Below are positions 44,520-63,328 of a stretch of DNA of 64,000 bases, piece by piece (the first letter of the stretch is position 1; every line of letters begins with the position of its first letter). Source of the DNA: the human T2T-CHM13v2.0 reference genome, Homo sapiens. Position numbers and translations under genes: made by a program. The notes below the pieces were generated by a model, which ran no database searches, was not told where the DNA came from, and worked only from the letters and a program-made list of their open reading frames with translations. Location of the stretch: assembly GCF_009914755.1 (NCBI RefSeq), contig NC_060947.1. One strand, given 5' to 3'.

Positions 44520-47382
44520 CTAGAGGTTAAAACAAAAAATAGTGGTTTCTAGCTTCAATGTGTATTATCTAAAAGCCTGTCAGTAGAATTACCACGTAAA
44601 TATTTTCCTAAAACTTGAGAAGTTAGCTAAATCTATTTGTTTCTTGATGTCTACTATACAGCCATCATTGAGTTACTTGCATCTGCTTTAGGCTTATGCC
44701 ACATAATGAATGTCATTCATTGACAGCTTAATTCTGTTGTGCTGATTATCTCAAACCTGAATTTTATGGCAATGCAGACTCACTCTCTAGTTTACCTTTA
44801 TATGCCTGATAGAATGTATAATTACAGTTGGGATTAGCCTAATCCATTCTCTACTTAATGAGCTGAATGAATATTAAACCCCAAATGGAAAGGAATTCAG
44901 CATATTTTAACTCTTCTTCACTCTGGCATGATTTTATTTTTACAACTTCACTTAGCTTGATCCATTATCACCCCCGCATTCATTCCAGCACACACACTAA
45001 CTCAACTGATTTCATAATCTTATGAGTTGAAATCCATGGCATTTGACCTGGAAATAAAAATGTTATGATTATTAAACCACAAGAAGGCAACTGGTAATTT
45101 GAATTTCAGTATTTGCATTTTAATGCACATGTGGAGAGAACATTTTGATAGTAATGATTTATCTTTGGATAAAATCCATTCTCTAAATGAGATTGAATCA
45201 AGAAGTCTGAATCGGTTGAAACAGATGACCTTTAATATTGATATCAAGACTGATAACCTATTACTCTATTAATTCCTCAGCAATATTCATATCACAAAGA
45301 ATAAAGAGATAATGTACATATTTTGAGATGGACCTATTTTTTTCTTCTGGTACACTCATCTCTTGTGAAATGTGATTCTGATAGTTAAAAATAATATCAG
45401 AAATTGTTTACATAGAAAACATTTAAGTTCTGGAAGTAAACCCAAAGAATGTCTATTTAATGAACATATGTCATGTGCAACTTAGTGATTGGGGCATGGC
45501 ATGAATGACACTAATATACATAGTACTTGTCTCCTCAAATAAGTTTTGAGATAGTTTTTCAGATAAAATGAAAAACTTACACAAAATTTAGGATAATATA
45601 ATGGAAGATGCAGGGAACTCAGACCAAATAACAGAAAACATTATATAATAAATTAATAAACAATATATTAGGTTAGTTTAAACAAATAATTAACTGTAAA
45701 GAAATAAATCAGTAACTCTAGTTTCCCTCCCAGTAATGGTCAAATAGCTTCTTTCAGAATAACTTTCTTACAGAAAAAATATTATAAATTCTTGTGCAAA
45801 GATTACTTGAAGGCACTACAGAATGGCCAAAATTGAATAAAAACTGGAGGAAAGTGAAGGGCTTTGGGTAAAATTCCTGGGTAATAAGCCTTCTTGCTTG
45901 AGGGCACACCCCTATTTTGGTGAGGCTTCTGGAACTAAAGAATACTTCCGTTGGTTACTGGCTTCAGGAGTGAGAAGACAGAGTTTGGGGGTTCCAGAAC
46001 AGCTGAATACGATGGAGGAAGTTCTGGAAGGAGTGAGCCACATAAGGACGAGTCCCCAAATATATATACAAATTCTGCCTACGTTACTCAACAGCCCCTG
46101 AATTTGGCATGAGTTGGGGAAAATAAAACATCTGTAAGGCTGAAAGAATTGAATAGTTTCAGCTGTCATCTGTCATGGAGGTGGGAGTTGAGGGGTTTGG
46201 TATGGGCAGGTATCAAGTTGGGATTTAATTCGTTCAAATTAACTTGCAGCTATGACAAAAAATAAGAGAGAGAGAGAGAGAGAGATCAGAATCCAGAATC
46301 TACATCTCATTTACAATGTGCACACTATTTTAAAATGTTGCTAATTATGTGTGGAAACAGAGAAATGTGACTCGTACTCAAGAGAAAACGCCCTACATGT
46401 TCCGAAAAGCTACAGCTTACATTATATGCAATGAGGAAATATTGGATGCTTTTCCCCTATGGTTGAGAAGAAGGCAGAGTTGGCTCTCTATTCAATTTGC
46501 ACGAAAGTTACTAAGTAGTGGAGAACAAAAAATGAAATAGAAGACATAAAAACTAGAAGAGAATGAAACTGTATTTATTCACAGATTACCTGAATATTTT
46601 TGTAGAAAAGTCTAAGGAATATATTTTAAAAGTATTACAAAAAAGAAGTGATTTCAGCAAGAACACAGGATACAGGATTGATATGAAAATATGACTTATG
46701 CTTTTATACACTTGTAATGAAAAATTGAAAAAATCCATTTACAACATGGAAATACTTAAAATACTGATAATTTTATAGAAGATATTTAAAACTCTTCCAT
46801 TAAAACAACAAAACATGAGAAAAATTAATGAAGACTTGAATAAATGAAGATAGATGTCATGTCTATGGGACTGGAAGATTCAATATTGTCAAATTGTCAG
46901 TTCTCTCCAATTGATATATAGATTAATTTCAATCTAGATAATAATCACAGCAGGGTATATTTTGTAGAAATTAACACTTTGAAATATAAAATGTATATAG
47001 GGTTGTAAGAGGACTTAGAATTACTTAAATAATAATGGAAAGTATAATTTCATTGGGGGATTTTATACTACTTGACTTTAAGACCATGTAAAGTTATGGT
47101 AATCATGGCATAATGATAGACAACAGTTGAATGGAATAGAATGAGTAGTGCATATATATACCCTCACTTAGACAAATAATTGATTTTTTGACCTAGGCAT
47201 ACACATGGGCATTTGTGCACATGCACACACACATACACACATCAGTAGGAAAGTATAATCAACAGATGGTGTTGGAATAACTAGGATATGGAAAATCCAT
47301 AAACTTTTACCGTTACCTCACAATCTCCACAAAAATTGACATAATGTGATTTATATACCTAAATATAAAAAAGCCAGACATA

Positions 47383-49403
<2,021 letters not shown>

Positions 49404-50699
49404 AAAAAAGCCAGACATATAAAACTTCATGAAGAAAACGTATAATATCTTTACTAACTTGAAGTAGGCAAAGATTTCTTAGCAAGACATGAAACAATAA
49501 CCATCACAGACAAAAAATTATACCTTAGATATTATTGAAATTAAAACATTTTCTCATCAAGAGATACAATTAAGAAAATTAATTCATAAACCACAGACCT
49601 GGAGACATTATGTGCACATTTTGTATGTGACAAAGCATTGGTATGCAGAATATATAAATAATTTCACTAACTCAGCAAAGTAATTATATACAATAGGCAA
49701 AAGGATTGAACAGGGACATCACAATGCAGCCATACATGAATAATGGCTACAGTGAAAAAGTCTTACATCACCAAATATTGAAGAGTATAGAGAGCAACTG
49801 AAGGAAATCAAATGCAATGTTTTTTCTTTTGTTTTGTTTTAAAAATGGCACAACCATTTTTAAAACTGTGTGAAAGTTTCTAATGAAGTTAAACCTATGC
49901 ATATCCTATGATGAAGTAATTCAACTTCTAGGTATTTACCCAAAAGAAAAATTTTTTATTTCCCACTAAAACATTTGTACAGGAATGTTAATAGCAGTTT
50001 TATTCACTATAGCAAAAACTGGATGTAACTCAAATATCTGTTAAGAGAATGAATAAACAGATTATGGTGTATTATATAAAGGTAAACTACTCAACAAGAA
50101 AAAGGACTAAACTACAAATACATTTAACATCATGAACATTACAATGACCAAAAGAATCTGGACACAAAGTAGTATATAGTATATGATTTTTTATATGAAG
50201 TTCTAGAGCAGAAAACATTAACTTATTGGGAAACAAATTAGTAAAGTGGTTATTAGGGTTCTGGGGAGTTGACAGGAAGGGAGGATGAGGAAAATCTGTG
50301 GGGAGATGGAAATATTGTACATCTTGATGGAGGTGTGGGTTTCACCAGTGTATGCATGTGTATACATTTGTCAAAGCTCATCAAATCTCACAGTTAAGAT
50401 CTTTATATTTTAGGGTATATAAATTTCAACACACAGAATTATAAAAAATAATAAACTCAATTTGGGAATCTTACTTTTCACAGTCTTGTGGGTTAGCAAA
50501 TCTGAAACTATTTTATGTGTTTCTAGGCTTGAGAAAATAGATTAATATATTGAGAATAATAGAAACATATGCATTTTCCACAGAGGTTGTGTTAATGTAC
50601 ACTCACACCAATAGCATATAACAGTTATTGTTGTTCAACATCCTCATCAAAACCAGATATTTTATGCCTTTTTATTCTAGAAGCAAGCTGAATTTTAGT

Positions 50700-51320
50700 C
50701 CCCACTGCACATTTGGCCAGGAGTCATTGTGTAAGACACTGTTTGCAAAGAGAATAGCTCTTAGAACAGATGACTAGAATGTTCCAGCATATAAGGGATA
50801 AGTAAAAGAAAAATCAATATGTTTGAATGAGAAAGAGCTACCAATAAACCAGAAAGACAAATAGACAGGAAGAGCAGTATCATGGAGACTGATGGAAAAG
50901 AGCTAAAGGAAAGACTGATGAATAGTATTGAAGTTAGAAATTTCACAAAAATAAAAACAATAAAGTGATCATTTGATTTGGTGTTTAGGAAGTAATTGGT
51001 GTCATTAGTGAGACAAGAGTGACTGATTTAGAGTGTGTGGGGAGATGAATAAGGGTTTGGTGTAAGCCGGTTGCTATGAATTGAAGAAATAATGAAATAT
51101 GTGAATATAAGCTTAAATATAAAGGACAGTTAGACCATAATTGAGAGAGGGATTTTACACCAAAATATTTTTTAAATGGATGTGTTCACTTGTTCATATA
51201 AAGATAAAGAGCCATCCTTAAAGGAGTAGGGATTTTAAAAGAGTTAAATGGAATAAAAATAATTTCTGTGGATGATTGGAAGATATAGGGGTCTAGATAA
51301 CAGTTTGGAGATAAGAGTAA
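50700..51320 (-). mobile_element. L2 fragment
   Basis: catttgatttggtgtttaggaagtaattggtgtcatt L2-like motif. Confidence 0.55.
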
Positions 51321-51369
51321 GAGGCCCCAAGGCAAACTTAGGATCACTACCATTTATTTGGTGTTCATT

Positions 51370-51565
51370 TAATGTTTCAGGCACTATTCTATCTCATTTG
51401 TAAGCCTGAAAACAGTGTTATGAAAGAATACTGTTTTGTCATCACATAGCTAAAACAGAGTCATAAAGTAACCTGTATGAATTGTACAATTAGGAAATTA
51501 CAGAACCAGGGTTCGAAACCACGTAATATAGCACCAAAAGCCAAGCTCTTAATAGCTACTCTCCA
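51370..51565 (-). mobile_element. MIR
   Basis: cagaaccagggttcgaaacc..ccaaaagccaagctcttaatagctac. Confidence 0.65.
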
Positions 51566-51780
51566 TTGCCCTAGAATGGAAACTAAAGAGTAAAATATAT
51601 GATGGCACAGCTTGGCCCTTATTTGATACTGATAAGCCTAGATTCAGGCTGAACAATCAATTCTTATCCAAAATCTCTTTCCAAGATTTGGCCTTTGCAT
51701 TTGTTGTATTATTATTTTTTTGATAGCATGAGTCCATAAAGTATATATATCACACAAAGATCCCTTACTTTTAATACCAG

Positions 51781-51847
51781 AAAATTCCCTCAAATGTTAA
51801 TAAAAACAGTATTCACTAACAAGTGCCTTTTTAATGTTGTTGCTAAG
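51781..51847 (+). other. Candidate 67-nt exon (unassigned)
   Basis: tcccttacttttaataccAG|AAAATTCC...GTTGCTAAG|GTaagt. Confidence 0.25.
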
Positions 51848-52782
51848 GTAAGTCTCATATTTGTTTATTAAAATATCTTCTATTTTTCACACTACTGATT
51901 CCACATGAAGTCTGTTTATTAAAGAAAAGAGTGCTTAAGATAGTCTAGAAGTAAGAACGTTAAAGAATAAACAGAAGTAAAATGTACTGCTAAAATTATT
52001 AAATAACCAAAAAAATACGAATCATTGTTTCCTCATTTGTGTTTATAAATATCTCTCTTTATAAGTTATTAACAATGAGAGACAGACCCAATACTTATGA
52101 AGCAATTGTTATAGAATCATAATGTCTTGTAACTTTTTGTTGTGGTCACTCTTGTATGATGCAACTTTGTTAAAAGAATAAATAAAATGGTATTTATTCC
52201 AAACAACCTTTTGAAATCTACCATTGAAAACACAAGGAAAAATATGCTTAAGATCTTGTGTGTAAGAACTTTCCCAAAATTCTCTTTTCAACTTCTTTAG
52301 CTTTCTGTCTGCATGGTATTATTTGATAAGCTCATATCCCTAGGGTGCTCAAGTCAAATCTCTGCCATGATTTCCAAATCTGGCAGTCTCCAAACTCACT
52401 GCTAAGAATGCTGAATCAAACTGACATCGGCTTGACAGGTCTATCAAATTTTTTATTTCAGAGAGATTTATAAATCAGACCCTTCCATATTTGTTCCATT
52501 ACAATGGCATTAGATAAATATATTTTCTTTTCAGCATCCATATTTATTCATTCTAAATGCCCAAATTTTCCTGTATGCCTTCTGTGTACCATGTAGGATG
52601 TACTGTGTACAATCTGGTCAGGTCCAGATTGTTTCATTTGATATTCTTCCCACAGCTTCTCATTTTGTTCATATATTAATTCATTAAACATATTTATTGA
52701 ATGCCTACTGTGTTCTTAGGGCATGTCTTCATGGGGTTTGCGTTCTAGCTGAAGGGCAGTAAATGTACTAAATGATATAATA

Positions 52783-52995
52783 CAGTGTTGTCCAATAGAA
52801 CTTTCTGTCATTATGGAAATGTCTTGTAATATCTGCATTGTTCAATATGGTAGACAGGAGTCATATGTTAAGCACTTGGAACATGGTTAATGCATCTAAA
52901 GAAATACTTTATTTTATTTTATTTAAATTTAGTTAATTAGTATCTATATTTAAATATCCACAGGTAGTTAGTGGAGCCACACTCAACCATGTAGA
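52783..52995. mobile_element. MER3 (hAT-Charlie) inserted in antisense L2 (52670-53260)
   Basis: cagtgttgtccaatagaactttctg..atggaaatg..tctgcattgttcaatatggtag. Confidence 0.8.
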
Positions 52996-53461
52996 ATATT
53001 AAATTTGGCACATTTTATAGTGAAAAAAATTAAAGAAAAGAGCAAGGTAAGAGGACTGCAACAGGACTGTCCAAAGAGAGATTAGAATTGTAAATAGGGT
53101 AATTAGAGTATGTTTCCTTGAGAAGGTGACAATTGATGTGACAAAGACCTGAAAGAGGGAGACAGTTAACTATGATGTCACTTTGAGGAAGAACATTTCA
53201 CACACAGGGAATAGCCTGTGCAAAAATTCCTTTGGTGACATTGTGCCTGGCATGTTGAAGTGAAACCTGCTTTCCTTTATCTTCAACCCACCGATTCTAG
53301 ATCTTTTTCAAAACAAATGCTTTCTTTCCTACTTTCTTCTCAAAATGACAACCCTTTCAAATATTTGAAGACTACTTATGGCTACATTTTTGCTTACTCC
53401 ATAGTAAATTTCCTAATGGTATAGTTGTTCACCTATTTATTTGTTACATTCTATCACGATA

Positions 53462-55680
53462 TTTTTAGTTTTCCAGCTTTATTAAGGTATAATTTACAAA
53501 TGAAATTGTATATATTTATGGTGTACAATGTGATGTTTTGATGTATGTATACACTGTGAGATGATCAAATTAAGATAATTAACATATCCATCACCTCTCA
53601 TCGTTATTTTTTGTGGTAAGAACATTTAAAATCTACTCTCTTAGCAATTTTGAAGTACACAATACATTATTATTAGCTGTAGTCACCATGCTGTATAATA
53701 GTTCTCCAAAGGTTATTCCTCTTGTCTGACTGAAACTTTGTACCCTTTGATTAGTATCTCCCCATTTCCATCCCCTACATCCAGCCCCTGGTAACCACCA
53801 TTTGACTCTCTCATTTTATCAGTTCAACTTTTTTAGACTCCTCATAAAAGTGAGATCATGCGGTGTTTGTCTTTCTGTGCCTAGCTTGTTTCACTTAACA
53901 TAATGTCCTCCAGATTCATCAATGTCGTTGCAAATGACATTGTCAGCTTTCTTAAAGCTGACTAGTATTCCATTGTATGTGTTTATGTGTGTGTATGTGT
54001 CACGTTTTCTTAATCCGTTCATCTGTCAATGGACACTTAAGTTGATTTTATATGTTGGCTATTGCAAATAATGCAATGAACATGAGAGTACAGATATTTC
54101 TTCAACACGCAAATTTTATTTTCTTTGGATATATACCCAGAGGAAGGATTGCTGTATCATCTGATAGCCCTATTTTTAATTTTTTGAGAAACTTCTATGC
54201 AGTTTTTCATCATAGATTTACTAATTTACATTCCCCCCAACAATGTACAAGGGTTCACTTTCCTCCACATCCTCAGCAAGACTGGTTGTCTTTTTCTTTT
54301 TAGTAATAGTCATTGTGACAGATGTGAATTAAGATCTCACTGTGCTTTTAATTTGCATTTCCTGTTGATTAGTGATATTGAGCATTTAAAAATATATATT
54401 ACCCACTTGTATGTCTTATTTTGAGAAATATTTATTCTGGTTTTATGTTCATTTTTAAAATCACGTTATTTGTTTTCTTGCTATTGAGCTATTTGAGTTC
54501 CTTATATATTTTAGATATTAGCTCCTTATTAGATGTATGGTCTCCAAATGTTTTCTTTCATTTCATAGGTTGTCTATCCACCCTGATGATTATTTTCTTT
54601 GCTGTGCAAAACTTTTTAGTTTGACATAATCCCGTTTGTCTATTTTTGCTTCTGTTGCTTGTGATTTTGGAGTCATATCAAAGAAAAATCTTTGCCAAAA
54701 CTATTGTCAAGAAGCCTTTTCCCTATGTTTTCTTCTAAGAGTTTCATAGTTTCAGGTCTTACATTTAAGTCTTTAATCCATTTAGAGTTTATTTCTGTAT
54801 ATGAGGTGAGATAAAAGTCCAATTTTTTTCTTCTGCATGTGGATATTCAGTTTTCTCAACACCATTTATTAAAGAGGCTATCTTTTCTCCATTGTGTGTT
54901 CTTGGCAACTTTGTGAAATATTAATTTACTGTAAATTCAAGGATTTATTTCTGCAGTCTCTATTCTGTTCCATTGGTCCACATGTCTGTTTTTATGCCAG
55001 TAATCTGCTGTTTCAATAACTGTAACTTTGTAGTATATTTTGAGATCAAGAAGAGTAATGCTTCCAGATTTATTCTTTTTTGCTCAAGACAGCTTTGTCT
55101 ATTTGGGGTGTTGTGTGGTTCTATATGAATAATAGGATTATTTTTCTATTTCTGTGAAAAATGTCATTGGAATTTTTATAGGAATTGCCTTGAATCTGTA
55201 GATCACTTTGGGTACTATGGAAATTTTAACAATATTCATCCTGTAATACATGAAAATGAAATATCTTTCTATTTATTGGTGTCTTCTTCAGTTTCTTTCA
55301 TCAATATTTTATAGTTTTCAGTGTATAGGTTTTTCACCTCCCTAGTTAAATGTATTCATAAGAATTTTTTATGCTATTGTAAATGGGATTGTTTTCCTTT
55401 CTTTTTAAATTTTTATTTTTAATTGTAAATTGACATGTTACAGGGCAGTATATATTTAGAATACAAAGCGATATTACGATTTATTAAAACAATGCGGAAT
55501 AATTTAATCAAGCTAATTAACATACCTGTCACCTAAAATACTTATTCTTTTGCGGTGAAGGCATTTAAAATTTATTCTCTTAGTGATTTTGATTTTAGCC
55601 GGTGGTCATGGCAGATTGCCTTCTTGATTTCTTTTTCAGATAGTTCACTGTTAGTGTACAGAAATGCTACTGATTATTGG
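53462..55680 (-). mobile_element. L1MA (MA8/9-like) with nested L1MA 3' fragment at ~55400-55595
   Basis: cagctttattaaggtataatttacaaa..aagaacatttaaaatctactctcttagcaattt; the same 3'UTR motif recurs at 55420-55590. Confidence 0.85.
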
Positions 55681-56429
55681 CTATTGCCAAGGGGAGGAGA
55701 AGCAATGAGGGAGGCAGGAGGCCAAGACAAGGTGGCTTAGACATATTATTGAATTGTGTACAACAAGGTGTGTCTGGCATATGCATGGAAGACAGATGTT
55801 AAGGCATCAAATTTACAGAAGCTAGAAGCGTGGCTGATACAAGGGTATATAGCCAACTGTGCTACATAGAGTCATTCTGGGAACCAGGGTGACAAAATCC
55901 TGCTGCCTTCAACGTGTGGCTTCCATGGTCACCAGGGACATCAATATCTACCAGCAGAAGGGAAAAGAGCAGTGAGGATCTTTTGTGGAAGGATTTGTGG
56001 GCCAGACCTGGAAACACATTCCTCCCACATTCCTCTATCACTCCTATTCACACTCACTCAACTAGAACTTTATCCCAAGACACACCTAACTGTGAGGAAG
56101 GATAGGAAAGACAGTATTACTGGGTGCCCAAGGAGGGAGAATGTGGTGCCAGTGTGTGGCCTACATCCTGTCACACAGTGGCCACATGTCACTTTGGGCA
56201 CCCAGGCTTCACTGGGCAGGGCTGTTCCCAATCTCCATTGTTGCCTACCTAACCTCATCTTATATACAGTTTCTGGTGATGCAGAAATTAGATTCTCAAA
56301 CATCAATAATTTTGTAAACTACTGGAAGAAAACATCCTTGTCAGGAGATAGAATTCAGAGTGAAGTGTTTAATCCCAGAAGAAGCTCAGGGACAGAAGCA
56401 ACACTAAGGACAGACACTCACTCAGGAAG

Positions 56430-56735
56430 ATAATGTCCCCCAAAAGATGTTCATGTCCTAATTTGTGGGACCACTGAGTGTTACATTACACAGTGAAAGG
56501 GATTTTTTGTATGTGATTAAGTTGAGGATCTTGAGATATCCTGGATCATCTAGGTGGTCCCAATGTAATCACAAGAGTTCTTATAAGAGGGAGGCAGAAG
56601 GGTCAAGGATGGAGGGAAGCAGATGTACCAACAGAAGTAGGAGTCCTACTCATACTTAGTAGGTGCTACACTGCTCCTTGAATATGGAGGAAGGGGCCAT
56701 GAGGCAAAGAATGCCTACAGCCTCTAGAAGGTGGA
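56430..56735 (+). mobile_element. MLT1 (MLT1D-like) LTR fragment
   Basis: ataatgtcccccaaaagatgttcatgtcctaat..gtgattaagttgaggatcttgagat. Confidence 0.8.
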
Positions 56736-56824
56736 TCTATTCTTATAAACCTTTGAACATAGTAGATGTTCAATGAACACCAATTGAACTCTGCATGTTT
56801 GAAGAGCATTTAATTATTTTCACG

Positions 56825-56975
56825 AGAAATTACTTAATAGGTACAATGTATGTTATTCTGGTGATGAATACACTAAAAACCCTGACTTCACTGCTATGCA
56901 ATATATCAATTTAACAAAATTACACTTGTAATTTTATACATAAATTTATACAAATAAAAATTTTAAATTAAAATA
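56825..56975 (+). mobile_element. L1MA 3' end
   Basis: aaattacttaataggtacaatgta..cctgacttcactgctatgcaatatatc. Confidence 0.8.
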
Positions 56976-57377
56976 GAAAAGTAAAAATGAAAAATGTTAC
57001 ATCATTAAGTGATCAATATGCTCACCATAATAGTATGTAAAGTATAATAATAAATTATATAAAAATATGGGTATACATATATATACATGTACGTATTTTG
57101 CAATAATAGAATTAAATGGGTGAACATATTATTTTTTCTTTCTTCTTTTTATTGCCTATGTATCTTAACAGTTCTACAGTGAATGTGCTATTTGTATAAT
57201 AAAATGAATGATCAGAGCATTAAAGAAAAATGGTGGGTTTTATGTGCTTGTGATTGCCGGTAAATGCAAGAATAATATTTTAAGAATATTTACACACAGC
57301 TCAAAACTGGAATTAATAAGTTATTCAATATATTTATGTATTCATTTATTTACTTATGTATCAGTAGAAATGTATTA

Positions 57378-57463
57378 GTACATGTGCATGTGTGTGCATG
57401 TATACATGCATATACGTGCATGCACGCACATACACACATATATGCACATCATATATATGTGTA
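57378..57463. repeat. Alternating purine-pyrimidine (TG/CA/TA) tract
   Basis: Seen directly. Confidence 0.85.
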
Positions 57464-57865
57464 TTTATTTCAAGGACTGAAAATATCCTTACTGTCACAG
57501 TTAAGGATAATTCAGCCAAGTATAGAAGCATAGGTTTAAAAAAATCACTCTGAATTTTGAAGGGAGTTGTTTCACAGGATAGCTAATGGTCAGTCTAGTT
57601 GTTCCCTTATATAACTTGCATGTAGAGAAAAAAATATAATTTTTTTCTCTACATTTTTTTCATTGTAACTAAAATGCTGGACATTATGTAGGAATATTAA
57701 TTCACCATCACACTGATCTTTTTTGGATACTTTCATAGAAAAATTGATGATCTTTGTTCTGAAAAAAATATTATTGGTGCATTCCCTTTACTCTGTTTTC
57801 ACTTTTCTCTATTGCTAAAACACCTCTTATTCAGTTGCTAGTTCTATCAAAAAAAATGTTCTTGG

Positions 57866-58242
<377 letters not shown>

Positions 58243-59107
58243 TCAATGATCTCAACTTTGTTTTTTAGTTCTTCTATTTATTTTTAATGTCAGTTAACCT
58301 ACATTCAATGTCCAACAGTGAGCTGCTTCTTATTCTATGATGACTTGATTAAAATATTTTTTGTTTCATTTACATTACACTGAAACTACTAATTATTAAA
58401 AAATTGACTTTATTTTCTGCTCTCTGTGTATTTCTGTTTTTACAAATTTTACTTTTTTTTTTTCATTTTGCTGCCTGTGTTTCACTTTAGAGGCTTTTCT
58501 CAAATGTCTTATCATCACTGGCTGAGTGTATGACTGTATGTGTACAAGGAGACTCATTTACTGATAGAATTCACTATGGGGTAGTTGGGTGATGACTGTT
58601 TAATTGGGAGGGTCTTCAAATGATCAGAAGTAGGAATTCTTATCTTTAGGGTTATTGAGTGTCCCAAAATATAATTTTTCAGAATTTTGCCTGGAGTTTC
58701 AGGCAAAAAATTTAACTACATACTTAAACTACATTTTAACTACATTCCTTGTAGTTAAAAATGTTTTACAGTCTAGCTGGACAGGGAGAAAGTGGTGAAG
58801 GTCTTAGCATTCACCATGTGAATCGTCACTGACTGCCTCTATGTTCAGCCTCATCTCTCTCTCCATTCCATTCTGCCAGACATTGAATGCCTCTGTCCCT
58901 GATTGAGAGACTCTTCCCATCAATTGTTCCAGAAAATAACCGTTGGGTTTCCTAACTAGGAGAATGGCATCCATATACAGAGGGTCAGAAGGAAAGAATT
59001 AATGCAAGTTAATTCAGTCAGGAGAAAAATTTAAATTATGTAACTTGTTTTAAATGACAGGAAATTTCCATTTTAAACCTTTAGCTTTGCAGGACATGTT
59101 ACTTTAA

Positions 59108-61306
<2,199 letters not shown>

Positions 61307-62323
61307 TTTTAAATTCCTTTTGCACTTATTTTTAAAATTGAATTAAATGTTTTTTAAAATTTTTTGTCATTATTATGATTATTTTCTGTATATATTTCTG
61401 ATTATGCAGAGCATGCTTATGAAATTATCATGGAACAAATTACAACATCATCTCATTATATGATCCTTAAGAAATTATTTGGAATTCTCAGAAAGACGAT
61501 ATTATATTCTGGGTTTCTTTTTGACTATTACTATTAAATCAATGGAGTTCATGGTCACTTTTGGATTCAGGTACAGATATATTGAGCTATGGCTGCCACA
61601 TTCTTTTGAAGTTATTATAAAGTAACTGAAACTAGATGGCTTTTAAAAATCAAATCTAATATTCTATCACCCCCAACCCTGTTATGTTAAGTCACCAAGA
61701 ATTCAGTATTCTGAATCTTAAGTGAAGTTTTCAATAATATCCATATCCCAACGTATGATACCAAATTAAATAACATTCATAAAAGATAAAAAGTGATAGA
61801 ATGATCCTGTCATAAAGAACACCATAAATATTCAAACAATATCTTGAAAGAGTTGATAAGGCAGTAAAAGGAAGGAAGACAGTTCAGAAACTGCAGTTTT
61901 CCTTAGATAAGAGGTGAGCAGAGAGTGCAACAGGACATCATCATCTCTGCTTAGAAAATGGTGTGGAGAAATGAGTAGGAAATATAGGCAGACTAAAAGT
62001 AGTGGAAAAGTAACTTCCATACCAATGTTGAGCAAAATTTAACAGATTTAGGACCGGGCTTTGGGTGGCCTGTTCCAGTCAGTGGCAATCCTTTAAGATC
62101 ATATCCTTCTTACAATGTCTTTCTTGTCCTTTATTTCTGGTTTCCCTTCCGAGCTGCTTCAGAACTCACTTCACTGCCTAAAAATCTCTTTATAAATATT
62201 TAATGTTTAATTAAAATTCTGCAGATAATTCTATCCTCAAATGGGAAAAATTTTTGGTGTAACAAGTAAAATGGAAAAAAAAAGAACAAAAACAAATTGC
62301 ATTGAATTCAACAGAGGTTTGAC

Positions 62324-62437
62324 ATGGAGTGGCCCACTGTCTCAGTTGGCCCAGAACTGTGTTGGTTTTAAAACTGAAAGTCCCATGTCCCAGGGAACCC
62401 CTCAGTCCTGGGAAAACCAAGATGTTTGATCACCCTA
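62324..62437. mobile_element. MER81 (hAT-Blackjack MITE)
   Basis: ttttaaaactgaaagtcccatgtcccagggaacccctcagtcctggg..gatcacccta. Confidence 0.8.
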
Positions 62438-62742
62438 ATTTGCAATATAATTTGACCATTAAACAATTAATTTTATAACAAAGCATGTGGAGAGTCTCAT
62501 CAATATTATATAGATAACAAGTATTATAGAAATCATCAAGTTAGAATTAAAATGTTAATAACTTACATCGATGTAGCACTTTACCCTGTATTCTACTTTC
62601 ATCCCCAAGAAACTTGAAAAATAATCCATTTGGCTTGTTTTGTAGAAGCAACTAAATGCCTAACATCACATAATAGGCCATTATCAGAGTTACTGGCTGT
62701 GTAGCTCAGATGTTGCCATTATTCTTTCTTTACTTAGCTATC

Positions 62743-63145
62743 CAGTGGTTCCCAAACATTGGTGCATATTGGAATCATATAAAAATACTGATTCTTGGCT
62801 CCTAACCCAAGACTTTTCAATTCAATTAAAATTGGTTATGACCTGGGTATCAGAATTCTTATTTTATTTTTAGAGACAGAGTTTTGCTCTGTAGCCTAGG
62901 CTGGAGTGCAGTGATGCAGTCATAGCTCACTGCAGCTTCAATCTCCTGGGCTCAAGTGATCCTCCCACCTAAGCCTCCTGAGTAGCTGGGACTACAGGCA
63001 TATGCCACCACGCCCAGCTATTTTTCTTTGAAATTTTTTTTGTAGAGACAAAGTCTGACTGTGTTGTCCAGGATTGTCAGGGTATCAGAATTTTTAAAAG
63101 CTCCTCAGATGATTCTAATATGAGCTAAGTTTGGAAACCATTGCT
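62743..63145. mobile_element. MER5A split by Alu
   Basis: cagtggttcccaaac..gatgattctaatatgagctaagtttggaaaccattg. Confidence 0.8.
62861..63079 (-). mobile_element. 5'-truncated AluJ
   Basis: TSD gggtatcagaatt(c/t)tt at 62845-62860 and 63080-63095. Confidence 0.92.
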
Positions 63146-63149
63146 CTAG

Positions 63150-63328
63150 CATAATGGTATATAACTAGCTGCACAATAGAAGCACCCAGCAAGATTTAAA
63201 ACCTAACCATACCCAGATTCTGCCCCTGATCAATTATATCAGAGGCAGTGAGGTTGGTGTCTAGGCATCCATATTTTTAAAAAGCTCCCTTGATAATTCT
63301 AATGTGTACTAAGGATTAAAAACCACTG
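63150..63328. mobile_element. MER5A-like
   Basis: tatttttaaaaagctcccttgataattctaatgtg..aaaaccactg. Confidence 0.75.

Noticed and set aside
55972-56433. 153-aa ORF
   Set aside because: Non-ATG start, overlaps probable degenerate MaLR sequence, no recognisable domain.
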